Assembly (NCBI RefSeq): GCF_002803295.2
Contig: NZ_PGGB02000014.1
Span: 4,196-36,195 of the forward strand
Direction: 5' to 3'
Length of the DNA: 32,000 nt
Source of the DNA: Caedibacter taeniospiralis
Lineage (GTDB): Bacteria > Pseudomonadota > Gammaproteobacteria > Francisellales > Francisellaceae
Shown: positions 20,012-29,664 of the stretch, piece after piece
Position numbering within the stretch: the first letter of the stretch is position 1
Layout of the letters: each line of letters opens with the position of its first letter
Position numbers and translations under genes: made by a program
The notes under the pieces: model-generated
What the model saw: the letters and a program-made list of their open reading frames with translations, nothing else
Told to the model about the DNA's origin: nothing
The model's database searches: none

Positions 20012-20148
20012 CTAAAAAATAGGGTCGTTTTTTTCTAAGTCAGCCTTGCTTAATCTGGCTTTTCCTCGCCAGGTTGTTGCGTAGAGGATGAGCACTAAAC
20101 AATAATCGCCCACCAGATAAGCTGAAGCGTCATATAATCAAACAGCAT
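20012..20148 (-). pseudogene. cydB: cydB relic: cytochrome bd oxidase subunit II with most of the gene missing
   Basis: ATG at 20148 overlaps the cydA stop and reads MLFDYMTLQLIWWAIIV* (CydB N-terminus-like). In another frame the same 137 bp ends LVLILYATTWRGKARLSKADLEKNDPIF* (CydB C-terminus-like). The expected ~1.1 kb body is absent. Confidence 0.75.
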
Positions 20149-21730
20149 TAACGTCCTCCTTATAGTCATAGCGACCATTACCAAGGGATTTAGGACCTTT
20201 TCTCGCCACTTTAAACATGATAATCAACTCAATAATAAACAAACCAACATACAGCAGAGCAAAAAAGGCAAGACTTACAACAATATTCCACGACGCCAGC
20301 GTCGAGACACCAAGACTCGTGGGGAGTATGCCATGCAGCACCCACGGTTGACGCCCCATTTCAGCTATAATCCAGCCTGCCTCAGCAGCAATATAAGGTA
20401 ATGGAATTGCCAACATAGCCAACCACAAGAACCAGCGGTAATTTAATAAAGTTCTTCGTAAGAGATGCACCGTTCCAAAAGTCATCACAAAAAAAACGAT
20501 TGCCCAACAGGTCAGCATCACTCTAAAGCTCCAATACAAAGGCCAAACTTGAGGAATCGTATCTTTCACGGCTTTACTTACTTCAGCACGACTTGCGTTA
20601 TAAGGATCTGTAGCATGAGTTTGTAGTATAAACGCATAACCAATGTTGTCGCGGTACTTTTTAGTTTCCTGATTTGCAGGATCAAAAATATCAAAGTCTG
20701 CAGCAACGCCATGACCACTTCTAATGCGCTCTAATGCTTTTAACGCAACAAGACCATCGTAAATACGCTCCTTATTTTCACGCATGATGGGTTTTAATCC
20801 CTGAACGGTTGTACTTAAACTATGTCCCGTAATTAAGCTTAACATCCATGGAACTTCAATCTCAAAATAATTTCTCTCATCAGTCTGTGAAGGAAATGAC
20901 ACCGCCGACCAGGCAGCAGGAGCTTTTTGCGTTTCCCACTGCCCTTCTATCGCCGCCATTTTAGCGGGTTCGTATTTATCCACAGCAAGCCCATTGGCAT
21001 CACCTAAAAAGAAAATAAAGATCGAAGAACATAAGCCAAAACCAAGACCCACGGCAAGTGAGCGCAGGGCAAAACCTGTGTTACGCTTACGCAACAAATA
21101 CCAGGCACTAATTCCCACAACAAAAGCCGCTGCAATAAGGTAACCCGCAAAAGCCACATGTCCAATGCGAATTTGCGCCAGCTCCTGCATGTAAAGCTCA
21201 ACAAAGCTTGTCAACTGCATCTGCATGGTTTCTGGATTCAAAAAAGTCCCAACGGGGTGTTGCATCCAGCTGTTGGCTACTAAGATATTAACGATGGATA
21301 AATTAGTTCCTAGTGCCAGGAAAAAAGTAATCAGCAAATGGGTTTTTTTACTCACCTTATCCCAGGTAAAAAAGAATAAACCAAATAAAGTTGCCTCCGT
21401 CATAAAGGCAGTTAAGCCCTCGATGGCAAGCACTGTACCAAAACTCTCGCCAATAAAGCGCGAAAAATAAGCCCAGTTTAAACCAAACTCAAATTCCATG
21501 GTAATTCCCGTAACCAGCCCCATGGCAAAGTTAATTGCGAAGAGCTTCCCCCAGAACTTCACCATATCTTGGTAAAGTTGCTTGCCCGTTTTGAGGTATG
21601 CTGCTTCCATAATGAATAAAATCCATGATAATCCCAAGGTTAATGGGACAAACACAAAATGGAAAATAGCAGTAAATGCAAACTGACTACGCGATAAATC
21701 GACAAACAGTTGCGTCATATCCATGCCCAC
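20138..21730 (-). CDS. cydA: Cytochrome bd ubiquinol oxidase subunit I
   Basis: 530 aa: DLSRSQFAFTAIFHFVFVPLTLGLSWILFIMEAAYLKTG...GWIIAEMGRQPWVLHGILPTSLGVS. Confidence 0.96.
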   Translation of the reverse strand: MGMDMTQLFVDLSRSQFAFTAIFHFVFVPLTLGLSWILFIMEAAYLKTGKQLYQDMVKFWGKLFAINFAMGLVTGITMEFEFGLNWAYFSRFIGESFGTVLAIEGLTAFMTEATLFGLFFFTWDKVSKKTHLLITFFLALGTNLSIVNILVANSWMQHPVGTFLNPETMQMQLTSFVELYMQELAQIRIGHVAFAGYLIAAAFVVGISAWYLLRKRNTGFALRSLAVGLGFGLCSSIFIFFLGDANGLAVDKYEPAKMAAIEGQWETQKAPAAWSAVSFPSQTDERNYFEIEVPWMLSLITGHSLSTTVQGLKPIMRENKERIYDGLVALKALERIRSGHGVAADFDIFDPANQETKKYRDNIGYAFILQTHATDPYNASRAEVSKAVKDTIPQVWPLYWSFRVMLTCWAIVFFVMTFGTVHLLRRTLLNYRWFLWLAMLAIPLPYIAAEAGWIIAEMGRQPWVLHGILPTSLGVSTLASWNIVVSLAFFALLYVGLFIIELIIMFKVARKGPKSLGNGRYDYKEDVNAV

Positions 21731-21897
21731 CCCCAGATTTAATAAAGTATAAGGTATGATTACTGCCGAGATTGTAGAGAGTTCTGAAGTGATTGCAATA
21801 ATACCAGCAATTTAATCTCTTATCGCTATACCCATCGTAAAATAGTTTGCGATGGGTATAAGACACACCTGATTGGTGCATAATCTATTGAGCAGGG

Positions 21898-22326
21898 TTA
21901 GACCATATCTATGCGCATTTCTTTAGCAATCTTATCTAATAAGCCATTGACAAAACGGTGTCCTTCCTCGGTTCCCAGTTCTTTTGCCTGATCTACATAC
22001 TCATTTAAAACGACCTGATAGGGAATATCCAGGCAATCGATTAACTCATACGTACCTAGACGCAGGATAGCTAGATCAATGAGATTGATTGATGCCAGGT
22101 CATTAGTAGCGTAGTGATTGATTTTATGATCAATCAGCACTTTATTTTTATCAACACCATCCAAAAGACGATAGAAGAAGTCCCATTCCACCAGGTGTCG
22201 CTCAACATTATCTGCGTAAAACTGAAGCTTCAACTCATTGATGCTGGTATGCGCCACTGCCTGCTGATACAGTGCCTGTACCGCATGAAAACGAGCACGC
22301 CTGCGCTCTTTAAATTTTAATGACAT
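21898..22326 (-). CDS. nusB: Transcription antitermination protein NusB
   Basis: MSLKFKERRRARFHAVQALYQ...LIDLAILRLGTYELIDCLDIPYQVVLNEYVDQAKELGTEEGHRFVNGLLDKIA. Track ORF extends to 22380, but the internal ATG fits the family start. Confidence 0.93.
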   Translation of the reverse strand: MSLKFKERRRARFHAVQALYQQAVAHTSINELKLQFYADNVERHLVEWDFFYRLLDGVDKNKVLIDHKINHYATNDLASINLIDLAILRLGTYELIDCLDIPYQVVLNEYVDQAKELGTEEGHRFVNGLLDKIAKEMRIDMV

Positions 22327-22432
22327 GATAAACCTTACAATACGCTCATTCGATGAAATACGGTCGCAGATTATACCCAATAGCCGATTAATGTGATAGT
22401 TATAATTATTTGTTTTTACTCAGTGTAGTTAT

Positions 22433-23083
22433 TCAGCTACGCCACATCCGCACAACATGTCTTTTGGCATCTAGAAGTGGCACATCAACCTCGAATGCTT
22501 CGTTTTTCATTGGTACCTGAGCTAAGGCTTCTAGCTCAAGATCAGCTCCCTTCATCGCAATCATTTGCCCATTTTGAGCCAGCAAGTGCTGACATAAGTG
22601 ATAAAAATCATCAATTGAACTAAATGCCCGTGAAACAACGCTGTCAAAGGGTATTTCAGGTTGATAGTTTTCCACTCTGATATTAAGGACTATCACATTC
22701 TTCAAATCCAGCACCCTTTTAACATGCTTGAGAAAAAGTGTTTTTTTACCGACGCTATCCAGCAGCACAAAGGAAGTTTCTGGTAATAATATTGCTAATA
22801 CAATTCCAGGTAAGCCACCACCGCTGCCTATATCTGCAACGTGTTTACCCTTGATAAAAGAGACTACAGACATGCTATCAAAGATATGTTTGACCAACAT
22901 TTCATCCCAACCCGTAATCGCCGTCAGATTGTAGGTTTTATTCCATTTTTTAAGCAATGACAGATACTCGAGTAATTGATTAATCTGCTCATCTGTCACC
23001 GTAAGATTAAACTTTTCCGCCACCTGGCGAACCTTTACCTTGCTATCATCAAGCATATTATTTAAACAATCTAGTGTAATCAT
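22433..23083 (-). CDS. rsmG: 16S rRNA (guanine527-N7)-methyltransferase RsmG
   Basis: 216 aa: LSLLKKWNKTYNLTAITGWDEMLVKHIFDSMSVVSFIKGKHVADIGSGGGLPGIVLAILLP...VVSRAFSS. Confidence 0.95.
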   Translation of the reverse strand: MITLDCLNNMLDDSKVKVRQVAEKFNLTVTDEQINQLLEYLSLLKKWNKTYNLTAITGWDEMLVKHIFDSMSVVSFIKGKHVADIGSGGGLPGIVLAILLPETSFVLLDSVGKKTLFLKHVKRVLDLKNVIVLNIRVENYQPEIPFDSVVSRAFSSIDDFYHLCQHLLAQNGQMIAMKGADLELEALAQVPMKNEAFEVDVPLLDAKRHVVRMWRS

Positions 23084-23189
23084 CTTGCCTTATTCGCCTT
23101 TCAGATTCTGACCATTGTTTGGAGTATACCACTCGTAAATCATCTCAGCTGACTACTCAGGAGTAGTCAGGTTTACGGGCAATAAATAC

Positions 23190-23471
23190 TTATAACCACC
23201 CACTCTTAGGTGCAACAGGCAGATAGAGCTTTTGTTCAGGACTGATTACGTCACCCTTTAAGTTGTTGAGTGACTTAATACAACTTTCCGTAGTGTTATT
23301 TGCTTTTGCAATTTTGCCTAAACTGTCACCTTTTTTCACTGTATAGGACTGTAAGGTTTGAGTCTGACAATATTGATCAGGGGTCAGGTAAACTGTCTTT
23401 GTCGCACAGCCCGCCAAAAACACACCCGCAACCATTAACGCACCCAAATGAATTACTTTTTTCTTACTCAT
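23190..23471 (-). CDS. Small LysM-domain lipoprotein
   Basis: 93 aa; lipobox GVFLAGC followed by a LysM-like QSYTVKKGDSLGKIAKANNTT. Confidence 0.8.
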   Translation of the reverse strand: MSKKKVIHLGALMVAGVFLAGCATKTVYLTPDQYCQTQTLQSYTVKKGDSLGKIAKANNTTESCIKSLNNLKGDVISPEQKLYLPVAPKSGWL

Positions 23472-23589
23472 CTTTTAACTCCTTTTGTATTGTTTACCAC
23501 AGCGGCAATCGAAATTGTAACTTAGATTGAGCTAATTTCTCCAGCGAAACCGCAAATCTTTACCCATCTTAATTGAATAGGCGAGAAAC

Positions 23590-24078
23590 TCACTCCAGGT
23601 TCACATCTTGTAACACGCTTTCAGTCTGGGTTTGACGATACTGCTTAATGGCTTTGTTATATCGCTGATCTTCGTTGGCTAACATGCAACAGGCGAAAAT
23701 GGCTGCGTTGACTGCCCCTGCGCGTCCTATGGCAAAAGTTGCCACAGGAACTCCCGCAGGCATTTGCACAATCGATAATAACGAATCCTGACCCGATAAT
23801 GCTTTGGATTGCACAGGCACTCCCAGTACGGGAATGTGAGTTTTAGCCGCGAGCATTCCAGGTAAATGTGCGGCTCCTCCTGCTCCTGCAATAATTGCCT
23901 TTAAACCTTTTGTTTCAGCCGCTTCAGCATATTGAAACAGCAAATCAGGAGTGCGATGCGCGGAAACGACCTGTACCTCATAAGGGATGCCCAACTCACG
24001 CAATGTTTCGGTGGTGGACTTCATCGTTTCCCAGTCAGATTTAGACCCCATCACCACACCCACTAATGTCTCACTCAT
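23590..24078 (-). CDS. purE: N5-carboxyaminoimidazole ribonucleotide mutase
   Basis: 162 aa: [47 protein letters not shown]...[13 protein letters not shown]. Confidence 0.96.
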   Translation of the reverse strand: MSETLVGVVMGSKSDWETMKSTTETLRELGIPYEVQVVSAHRTPDLLFQYAEAAETKGLKAIIAGAGGAAHLPGMLAAKTHIPVLGVPVQSKALSGQDSLLSIVQMPAGVPVATFAIGRAGAVNAAIFACCMLANEDQRYNKAIKQYRQTQTESVLQDVNLE

Positions 24079-25983
24079 TTAAATCCCCTCTTTTTGTATC
24101 ACGCGCAAAACCTGCGCACAAACCCATTCATAAATAAATCCAAAGCTATGCTTACCCTTGTTACTAAAGCGCACGTGGAGTTCGTGTTCAAATGCTCTAT
24201 TTCTCAAATAATCTTGAGCCTTAATGAGCAGGGAAAGATCATCAACCACAGCATCCGTTTTTTGCCAAAATTGGCTCATGCCGTTGGTTTGTAGTTGTAG
24301 ACTGAGTTTTGGTTCAGCTGCACTGCTTGGCATCATATGCGCTAAATGGCTGTAAAGATAACCTTTGGTGACGTCTTTTTGCATATTGATGCTGACGACC
24401 CCTGATTGCAGATAGGGTTTAAGCAATTCGCTCGCGTGTTGCTTTGTCGTACTGACTAAAAATGGTTCAACTACCTCTGTAATTGCCCTAGCAAGTCCGC
24501 TTAGATTTTGCACATTTTCCTCATGAAGCTTTACTTCAAGATAAGGATAAGCTGCGCGATAACCTAATTCAATTTGATACTCATCCGCCAATGGACGCAA
24601 TAGCGCTGCAATATGCGCTTCAGAGGCACCCAATAGTTGCCACTGGTAGCGTGTCGGTTGCTTATTGGCGCATATTGACTTAAGTCTTGGCAGTACTTCT
24701 TTATCAAATAATGGTAAACATTCATGCGGAGGACCTGGCAACATAAACAGGTGTTTGTCATCGCCATGGATATAGCATCCATCCGCAGTACCATGTTCAT
24801 TGATTAAAATTTCAGCACCCTGAGGGAAGTAAGCTTGTTTCCTGTTATTTTCAGGCACCGTCGTAAAGCGCTTAGAGATGCGGGCATAAATGCGCTGCCA
24901 AGAGGCGTCATGAAATTCTAAGGGCTTGTTAAAAACTGCTGCAATGGCTTCGCAGGTTTTATCATCCTCAGTTGGTCCAAGCCCGCCTACGGTAATGACA
25001 ATCTTGTGCTCTTGCAGTAAAAACTGCAGGCTTGTTTTTAGTTTCTGCTTTTCATCAAAACAAGCCAGGTGCATTCCCACGCTAAACCCTTGTGCATAAA
25101 GCGCTTCTGCTATCTTAGGAGTGTTGGTGTTAATCACATCTCCTGTGGTGATCTCATCACCTGTGGCTAGGAAACCTATAGGTTTGGTTGTTGTGTGCAG
25201 TGGACTCATGCTGTCAATAAACACGCTATTAGCTCCTTCGGTTAGTAGGTCATGAATTTCTTGATCTGTTAATACATTCATGGAGTATACCAAAATGGTT
25301 GAAAACGCTTGTTTCAACTGGGTGATACACTCAGAGGTAAGAGGTGTGTTGTTAATCCCCAGTGCAATACAGCCCCAAGTATCAAATTTTGCTTTGATCG
25401 TTGAGAAAATATGACTCTCCTCTGTGACCCAATCTTTAACTTCAATCAAAAACTCACGTGCAATTGCCATATTTGTCAATACGAGCCTCTCTAGTACATA
25501 CTCCGAAAAACTTGAGAGTAAAATGCGATCATGCAGCTGTGGATACTCCGCCAAAAGTTTAAGCAGGCTTTCTAGCAAGCGCGATTCGTATTCTGCATCA
25601 AAATGTTTTCTCACTTTAATTTCAATATTGGTATACAAATCTGGTTTTTCTGCCATCCATTCCAAGTAGCTTCGCATGCTCGGAATGCTTGCGTGAGCAT
25701 CGGGAAAGCGCGCGCTTAGAACCTTAAGCTTTTGAATTTCCGCCCACCGCCAAAAGGTAATATCCTCATCGACACCTGTGAGTTTTTTCGCGTTATTATC
25801 ATGGAAAATAAACAGCACATTATCGGCGCTTAGCTGCACGTCAAGCTCAATCCATCGTGCGCGAGCTTCATAGGCTTTTTTAAAGGCGATCATCGTATTC
25901 TCTGGAGCTATCTGGTTTGCTCCACGATGGGCAATAAATGGATTAATCTTCACCTTTTGTGCGCTCCAGCTCGGCGTGTTCAA
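24079..25983 (-). CDS. Fusion of a glycerophosphodiester phosphodiesterase (GDPD) domain and a CinA-type (MoCF-like) domain
   Basis: 634 aa. N-terminus FIAHRGANQIAPENTMIAFKKAYEARARWIELDVQLSADNVLFIFHD (GDPD). From about residue 270: IGFLATGDEITTGDVINTNTPKIAEALYAQGFSVG...ITVGGLGPTEDDKTCEAIA...PENNRKQAYFPQGAEIL...HLFMLPGPPHE (CinA). Confidence 0.9.
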   Translation of the reverse strand: MNTPSWSAQKVKINPFIAHRGANQIAPENTMIAFKKAYEARARWIELDVQLSADNVLFIFHDNNAKKLTGVDEDITFWRWAEIQKLKVLSARFPDAHASIPSMRSYLEWMAEKPDLYTNIEIKVRKHFDAEYESRLLESLLKLLAEYPQLHDRILLSSFSEYVLERLVLTNMAIAREFLIEVKDWVTEESHIFSTIKAKFDTWGCIALGINNTPLTSECITQLKQAFSTILVYSMNVLTDQEIHDLLTEGANSVFIDSMSPLHTTTKPIGFLATGDEITTGDVINTNTPKIAEALYAQGFSVGMHLACFDEKQKLKTSLQFLLQEHKIVITVGGLGPTEDDKTCEAIAAVFNKPLEFHDASWQRIYARISKRFTTVPENNRKQAYFPQGAEILINEHGTADGCYIHGDDKHLFMLPGPPHECLPLFDKEVLPRLKSICANKQPTRYQWQLLGASEAHIAALLRPLADEYQIELGYRAAYPYLEVKLHEENVQNLSGLARAITEVVEPFLVSTTKQHASELLKPYLQSGVVSINMQKDVTKGYLYSHLAHMMPSSAAEPKLSLQLQTNGMSQFWQKTDAVVDDLSLLIKAQDYLRNRAFEHELHVRFSNKGKHSFGFIYEWVCAQVLRVIQKEGI

Positions 25984-27517
25984 CCATATCCTTAGGTAAT
26001 GCTTTTTTCATATGCACTCCCATATCTTCCAACTGTATAGCCTGCGAAATTAAATTGCCTCGACCCTTGGTCAATTTATTCAACGCATCAGCATAAGTTT
26101 CTTTTGACTTATCTATTTGCCTGCCCAGCGCCTCAATATCCTCCACAAATCCTCGGAACTTATCGAGCATTTTAGTGGCACGCTCTGTAATATCGCTGGC
26201 ATTTTTATTTAAACTTTCATATTTCCAGGTATTGCGAATCGTGCCTAAAGTTGCCAAAAGAGTCGTTGGCGTAACGATGATAATGCGCTTTTTAAATGCC
26301 TCGTGAAATAGGCTATCATCGTGCTGGAATGCCACGACAAACGCTGCCTCAATCGGCATAAACATTAAAATAAAATCAAGAGAGTTGATCGCGGATAAGC
26401 GCTCATAATTTTTAGAAGAAAGCAGTGTAATGTGCTGGCGAATGGCGTCAATATGCTTTTTTAAACACTCAAGTTTTAGGGTCTCCGTCTCTGCACGCGT
26501 GTAAGCATCATAGCTCACCAGGGAAACTTTGGCGTCAATGATGACATCTTTGCCATCGGGTAAGTGTACAATGGCATCAGGTCTTAAGGTCTTCTCGTTA
26601 TCGTCATCGTCACTTCCTTTAAAGCTGTTTTGCACCTCATACTCATAACCTTTACGTAAACCTGAAGACTCCAAAACGCGCTCAAGCACCACCTCTCCCC
26701 AATCGCCTTGGAGCTTTTTATCACCTTTGAGCGCTTTGGTGAGATTTTTAGCCTCTTTATTCATCTCCTGATTAAGCTCAAATAATTTATTTACCTCTTT
26801 CTGCAAAGAAGCTCTTTCTTTAGCCTCATGCACGTAGACATCATCGACTTTTTTCTTGAATTCATGGATGTCATTTTTAAACGGCTGCAGAATTTCTGCC
26901 AAATTTACTTTGTTCTGGTTGGCAAATCTCTCACCCTTTTCTTCAAAGATACGATTGGCGAGATTCTCAAACTGTTCGGTTAAGCTTTTTTTCGCATTTT
27001 CAAGTAAGGCAATTTTTTCCTGTGAGTTGTACAGCTCAGTTTCAATTTGTTTGCTCAAGCTTGAGTTTTCAGCCTGTAGCTGAGATTTTTCCTCCATTAA
27101 AGTATCGATTTTTCTGAGCATTTCATCCTGCTTTTTACTCGCATTCTGAAGCTCCATTTCCAAGCGTGTAACCTCCTTCTCCAGCGCTTGGAACCTCGCA
27201 GCATCACTTGCAAGCTTATTTTGCAGCTTTGATAGTTCATCATTACGAATTTCAAGCTTTTGCTTCACCATGCTAAGCTCTTGGGTTAAACGCTGTTCCT
27301 GCTCCTGGTAATGCTTATGATCTGTTGTTAGCACAATATTTTCTTGTTGCTTTTGCCACAACTGTGCTTCTTTATCCTGGTAGGATAGCTCAAGCTCTGT
27401 TAAAGATTTCTCTGTGGTTTTCAGCTTTGTTTGTAATGCGTTTCTTCCTGGTCTGGTCATCAGGAAACCAATCACCATTCCCATAGCAAATGCTACTATA
27501 GCAAGTCCAGTAATCAT
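25943..27517 (-). CDS. rmuC: DNA recombination protein RmuC family
   Basis: 524 aa; N-terminal TM, long coiled coil, then LQGDWGEVVLERVLESSGLRKGYEYEVQ...RPDAIVHLPDGKDVIIDAKVSLVSYDAY. Confidence 0.94.
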   Translation of the reverse strand: MITGLAIVAFAMGMVIGFLMTRPGRNALQTKLKTTEKSLTELELSYQDKEAQLWQKQQENIVLTTDHKHYQEQEQRLTQELSMVKQKLEIRNDELSKLQNKLASDAARFQALEKEVTRLEMELQNASKKQDEMLRKIDTLMEEKSQLQAENSSLSKQIETELYNSQEKIALLENAKKSLTEQFENLANRIFEEKGERFANQNKVNLAEILQPFKNDIHEFKKKVDDVYVHEAKERASLQKEVNKLFELNQEMNKEAKNLTKALKGDKKLQGDWGEVVLERVLESSGLRKGYEYEVQNSFKGSDDDDNEKTLRPDAIVHLPDGKDVIIDAKVSLVSYDAYTRAETETLKLECLKKHIDAIRQHITLLSSKNYERLSAINSLDFILMFMPIEAAFVVAFQHDDSLFHEAFKKRIIIVTPTTLLATLGTIRNTWKYESLNKNASDITERATKMLDKFRGFVEDIEALGRQIDKSKETYADALNKLTKGRGNLISQAIQLEDMGVHMKKALPKDMVEHAELERTKGED

Positions 27518-27641
27518 CGTTTTTCCTTTTTACTACCTTGCTTGTCATCATGCCATAAAAATAGCTGTATCGCTTGTAAATCATCATAAGAATGCACCTG
27601 AATGCAGGTAAACAACTTAACCTTACTGGAGTTACACACCT

Positions 27642-28841
27642 TTATATGTCAAACAAACGTTTGGATTCTGAAAAAGAGCGCATCACGCAATCCTCAATGG
27701 CAAGTCGCGTGAAATAATTCCCAGTCAGTCCAAGTGTTGTATCTTTGCTAAGTAGTTGATCAAGCACGTCAAGAAACCGTTGATGTTTTGCTTGATAACA
27801 TGGCAGGGTATTGTACTTGGAATGTACATCGATCACTGCACTTTTGGGGATATTAAGCTTAGATAAAAATTCATCGATTAGCTTCGTGTGCGACTCCTTA
27901 TGGTCTTTGAAATGGATAGTCATGCCACGAAATTTTTCATGCGGAACCACATCACGCGTGACCATTGAGAAAAAGTTTTGCTCTATGCCGATTAACCCAC
28001 TTAATGACCTTATGTGATTGAGTTTGTCCTTATCAAGGATTAAAGCGGTAGTAGTAAGTTTGGAGATGCCAGGTTGATGTGCAATGCTTGCAATAGGGTG
28101 ATTAATCTGAGTTAAAAGTTTTTGTGTGATATGCCATGGTGTCGCAAGAATGAGCTTATCGCTTTTAATCACTTCACTGCGGGTTTTGATCAGCCAGCTG
28201 TTATTTTGCCTGTCAATGTGGTGGACTTCAGAATTCAAGTTAATATCAATATCCAGGTTAGAAAAATCTTTAAATAAACTCGACATTCCCCCTTTAAAAG
28301 TGAAACTGCGTGGCAGCTTTTTATTCTTGACTCGCGGCTTAAAAAGAAAATCCGCAGGAAAGTTCTGGCTGTCCTGGCACAGCACTGCGTCAAAGCAATA
28401 GCGTAAAGTCTTGTGATAATTATTGTGCCCAAATACAAAACTAAAATATTCCGCGACGGTACGTTCTTTGGCTTTACTAAATTTAAAGAGTGGCAAGCCA
28501 ATGCCTGCACGAACAGGATTTAGTGAGCCAAGCACGCTAGCAACGATATCTTGACGGGTTAAGAGTTTAAAGGGATGTGTCTTGCGTGTTTGCAGCTGAG
28601 ATAAAAGTGCATTATCCTGGCAAAATTGAATGAGCGTGGCGTAAGAGTTGTAAATCGTATGCGCCCCTAATTCCAGCCAAAAATCTCCCGTTTTGGGGCT
28701 TTGGCAGGTTTCAATGCAACCCCCTAATTTATCGCACTTCTCAAGAATAATGCTCTTATACCCTCGTTGCGCTGCAAAGTGTGCAAAACTGCTTCCAGAA
28801 ATGCCTCCACCAATAATTGCGATGGGGTAGTGTTTTGTCAT
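27642..28841 (-). CDS. FAD-dependent amine oxidase-type oxidoreductase, HemY/protoporphyrinogen oxidase-like
   Basis: 399 aa: IAIIGGGISGSSFAHFAAQRGYKSIILEKCDKLGGCIET...GLTGNYFTRLAIEDCVMRSF. Confidence 0.72.
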   Translation of the reverse strand: MTKHYPIAIIGGGISGSSFAHFAAQRGYKSIILEKCDKLGGCIETCQSPKTGDFWLELGAHTIYNSYATLIQFCQDNALLSQLQTRKTHPFKLLTRQDIVASVLGSLNPVRAGIGLPLFKFSKAKERTVAEYFSFVFGHNNYHKTLRYCFDAVLCQDSQNFPADFLFKPRVKNKKLPRSFTFKGGMSSLFKDFSNLDIDINLNSEVHHIDRQNNSWLIKTRSEVIKSDKLILATPWHITQKLLTQINHPIASIAHQPGISKLTTTALILDKDKLNHIRSLSGLIGIEQNFFSMVTRDVVPHEKFRGMTIHFKDHKESHTKLIDEFLSKLNIPKSAVIDVHSKYNTLPCYQAKHQRFLDVLDQLLSKDTTLGLTGNYFTRLAIEDCVMRSFSESKRLFDI

Positions 28842-28920
28842 AATTCCTCCAGTAGGGATTATTTCAATACCAGAAAATCTGGATTGGAGGTATTTTCAAT
28901 TGCCTGATATCGGTAAGCCA

Positions 28921-29283
28921 TTATTTTTCTTCTGTATGTGAAGCATAATCTTTTGGCGTTTGTGGGGCAGAACCCAGATGCTGGATGTGTTCTTTATTGC
29001 GATAAGCCTTGGGTTGCAACAGAGATTGTCTTGATTGGTCGAGATTAAGTTTTACGCTGTATTCTTGAGAATGTTTCTGCAATTCAGCAAATTGCTGATA
29101 AATACTCTCCATGATTTCATGGGTTTTACACACATGCTCATTAACGGTATTTTGGTAATGCGTCAGTAATTTTTTAGTCTCATCCAGCTCATTTGCAATG
29201 TTTCTATTGCTTTTGCGTGCGCTTAAACCGATGGCAAGACCGATCACAAAGGCGGTGATAACACCAAGTATTAAAATAACCAT
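28921..29283 (-). CDS. DUF1043/YhcB (ZapG)-like inner-membrane protein
   Basis: N-terminal TM (MVILILGVITAFVIGLAIGLSARKSN) followed by a coiled coil (ELDETKKLLTHYQNTVNEHVCKTHEIMESIYQQFAELQKHSQEY). Track ORF opens upstream at 29322. Confidence 0.72.
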   Translation of the reverse strand: MVILILGVITAFVIGLAIGLSARKSNRNIANELDETKKLLTHYQNTVNEHVCKTHEIMESIYQQFAELQKHSQEYSVKLNLDQSRQSLLQPKAYRNKEHIQHLGSAPQTPKDYASHTEEK

Positions 29284-29664
29284 TACATCTCCTATGGTTG
29301 GTAAACAGGGGCTGCGGCACAACAGGCAAGACCTTCTTTTCTGCAGATAATCCCAAGCTTTCAGTCGTTGTGACCTTGATATTAACTTGATTTAGCTCAA
29401 GCTGCAACAGCGTTGCCATGCGTTGGCGCATTTCTCTTATGTCAAAGGTTAAATTATCACAACTCAATCTGGGGTTACACCAGATGTTGCTAAACAGCAT
29501 AAGCTCCAATCTGCCCGTTGATGCTCCTAAATTCCGATAAAAATTCAGATGACAATATGGCTAAAATAGCTATAATTCCTGACCTTAACCAAAGATTACC
29601 TCAACAGATTTCAGCCAAGATTAATCAAAAAAAGCTAAAGTCGGGTTTAATTGTAAAGAAGTAA

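Noticed and set aside
24645-24665. Match to GCGTGTCGGT of the palindromic repeat family inside the GDPD-CinA gene
   Set aside because: Only about 10 bases match and the partner arm is absent, so it is most likely coincidence.
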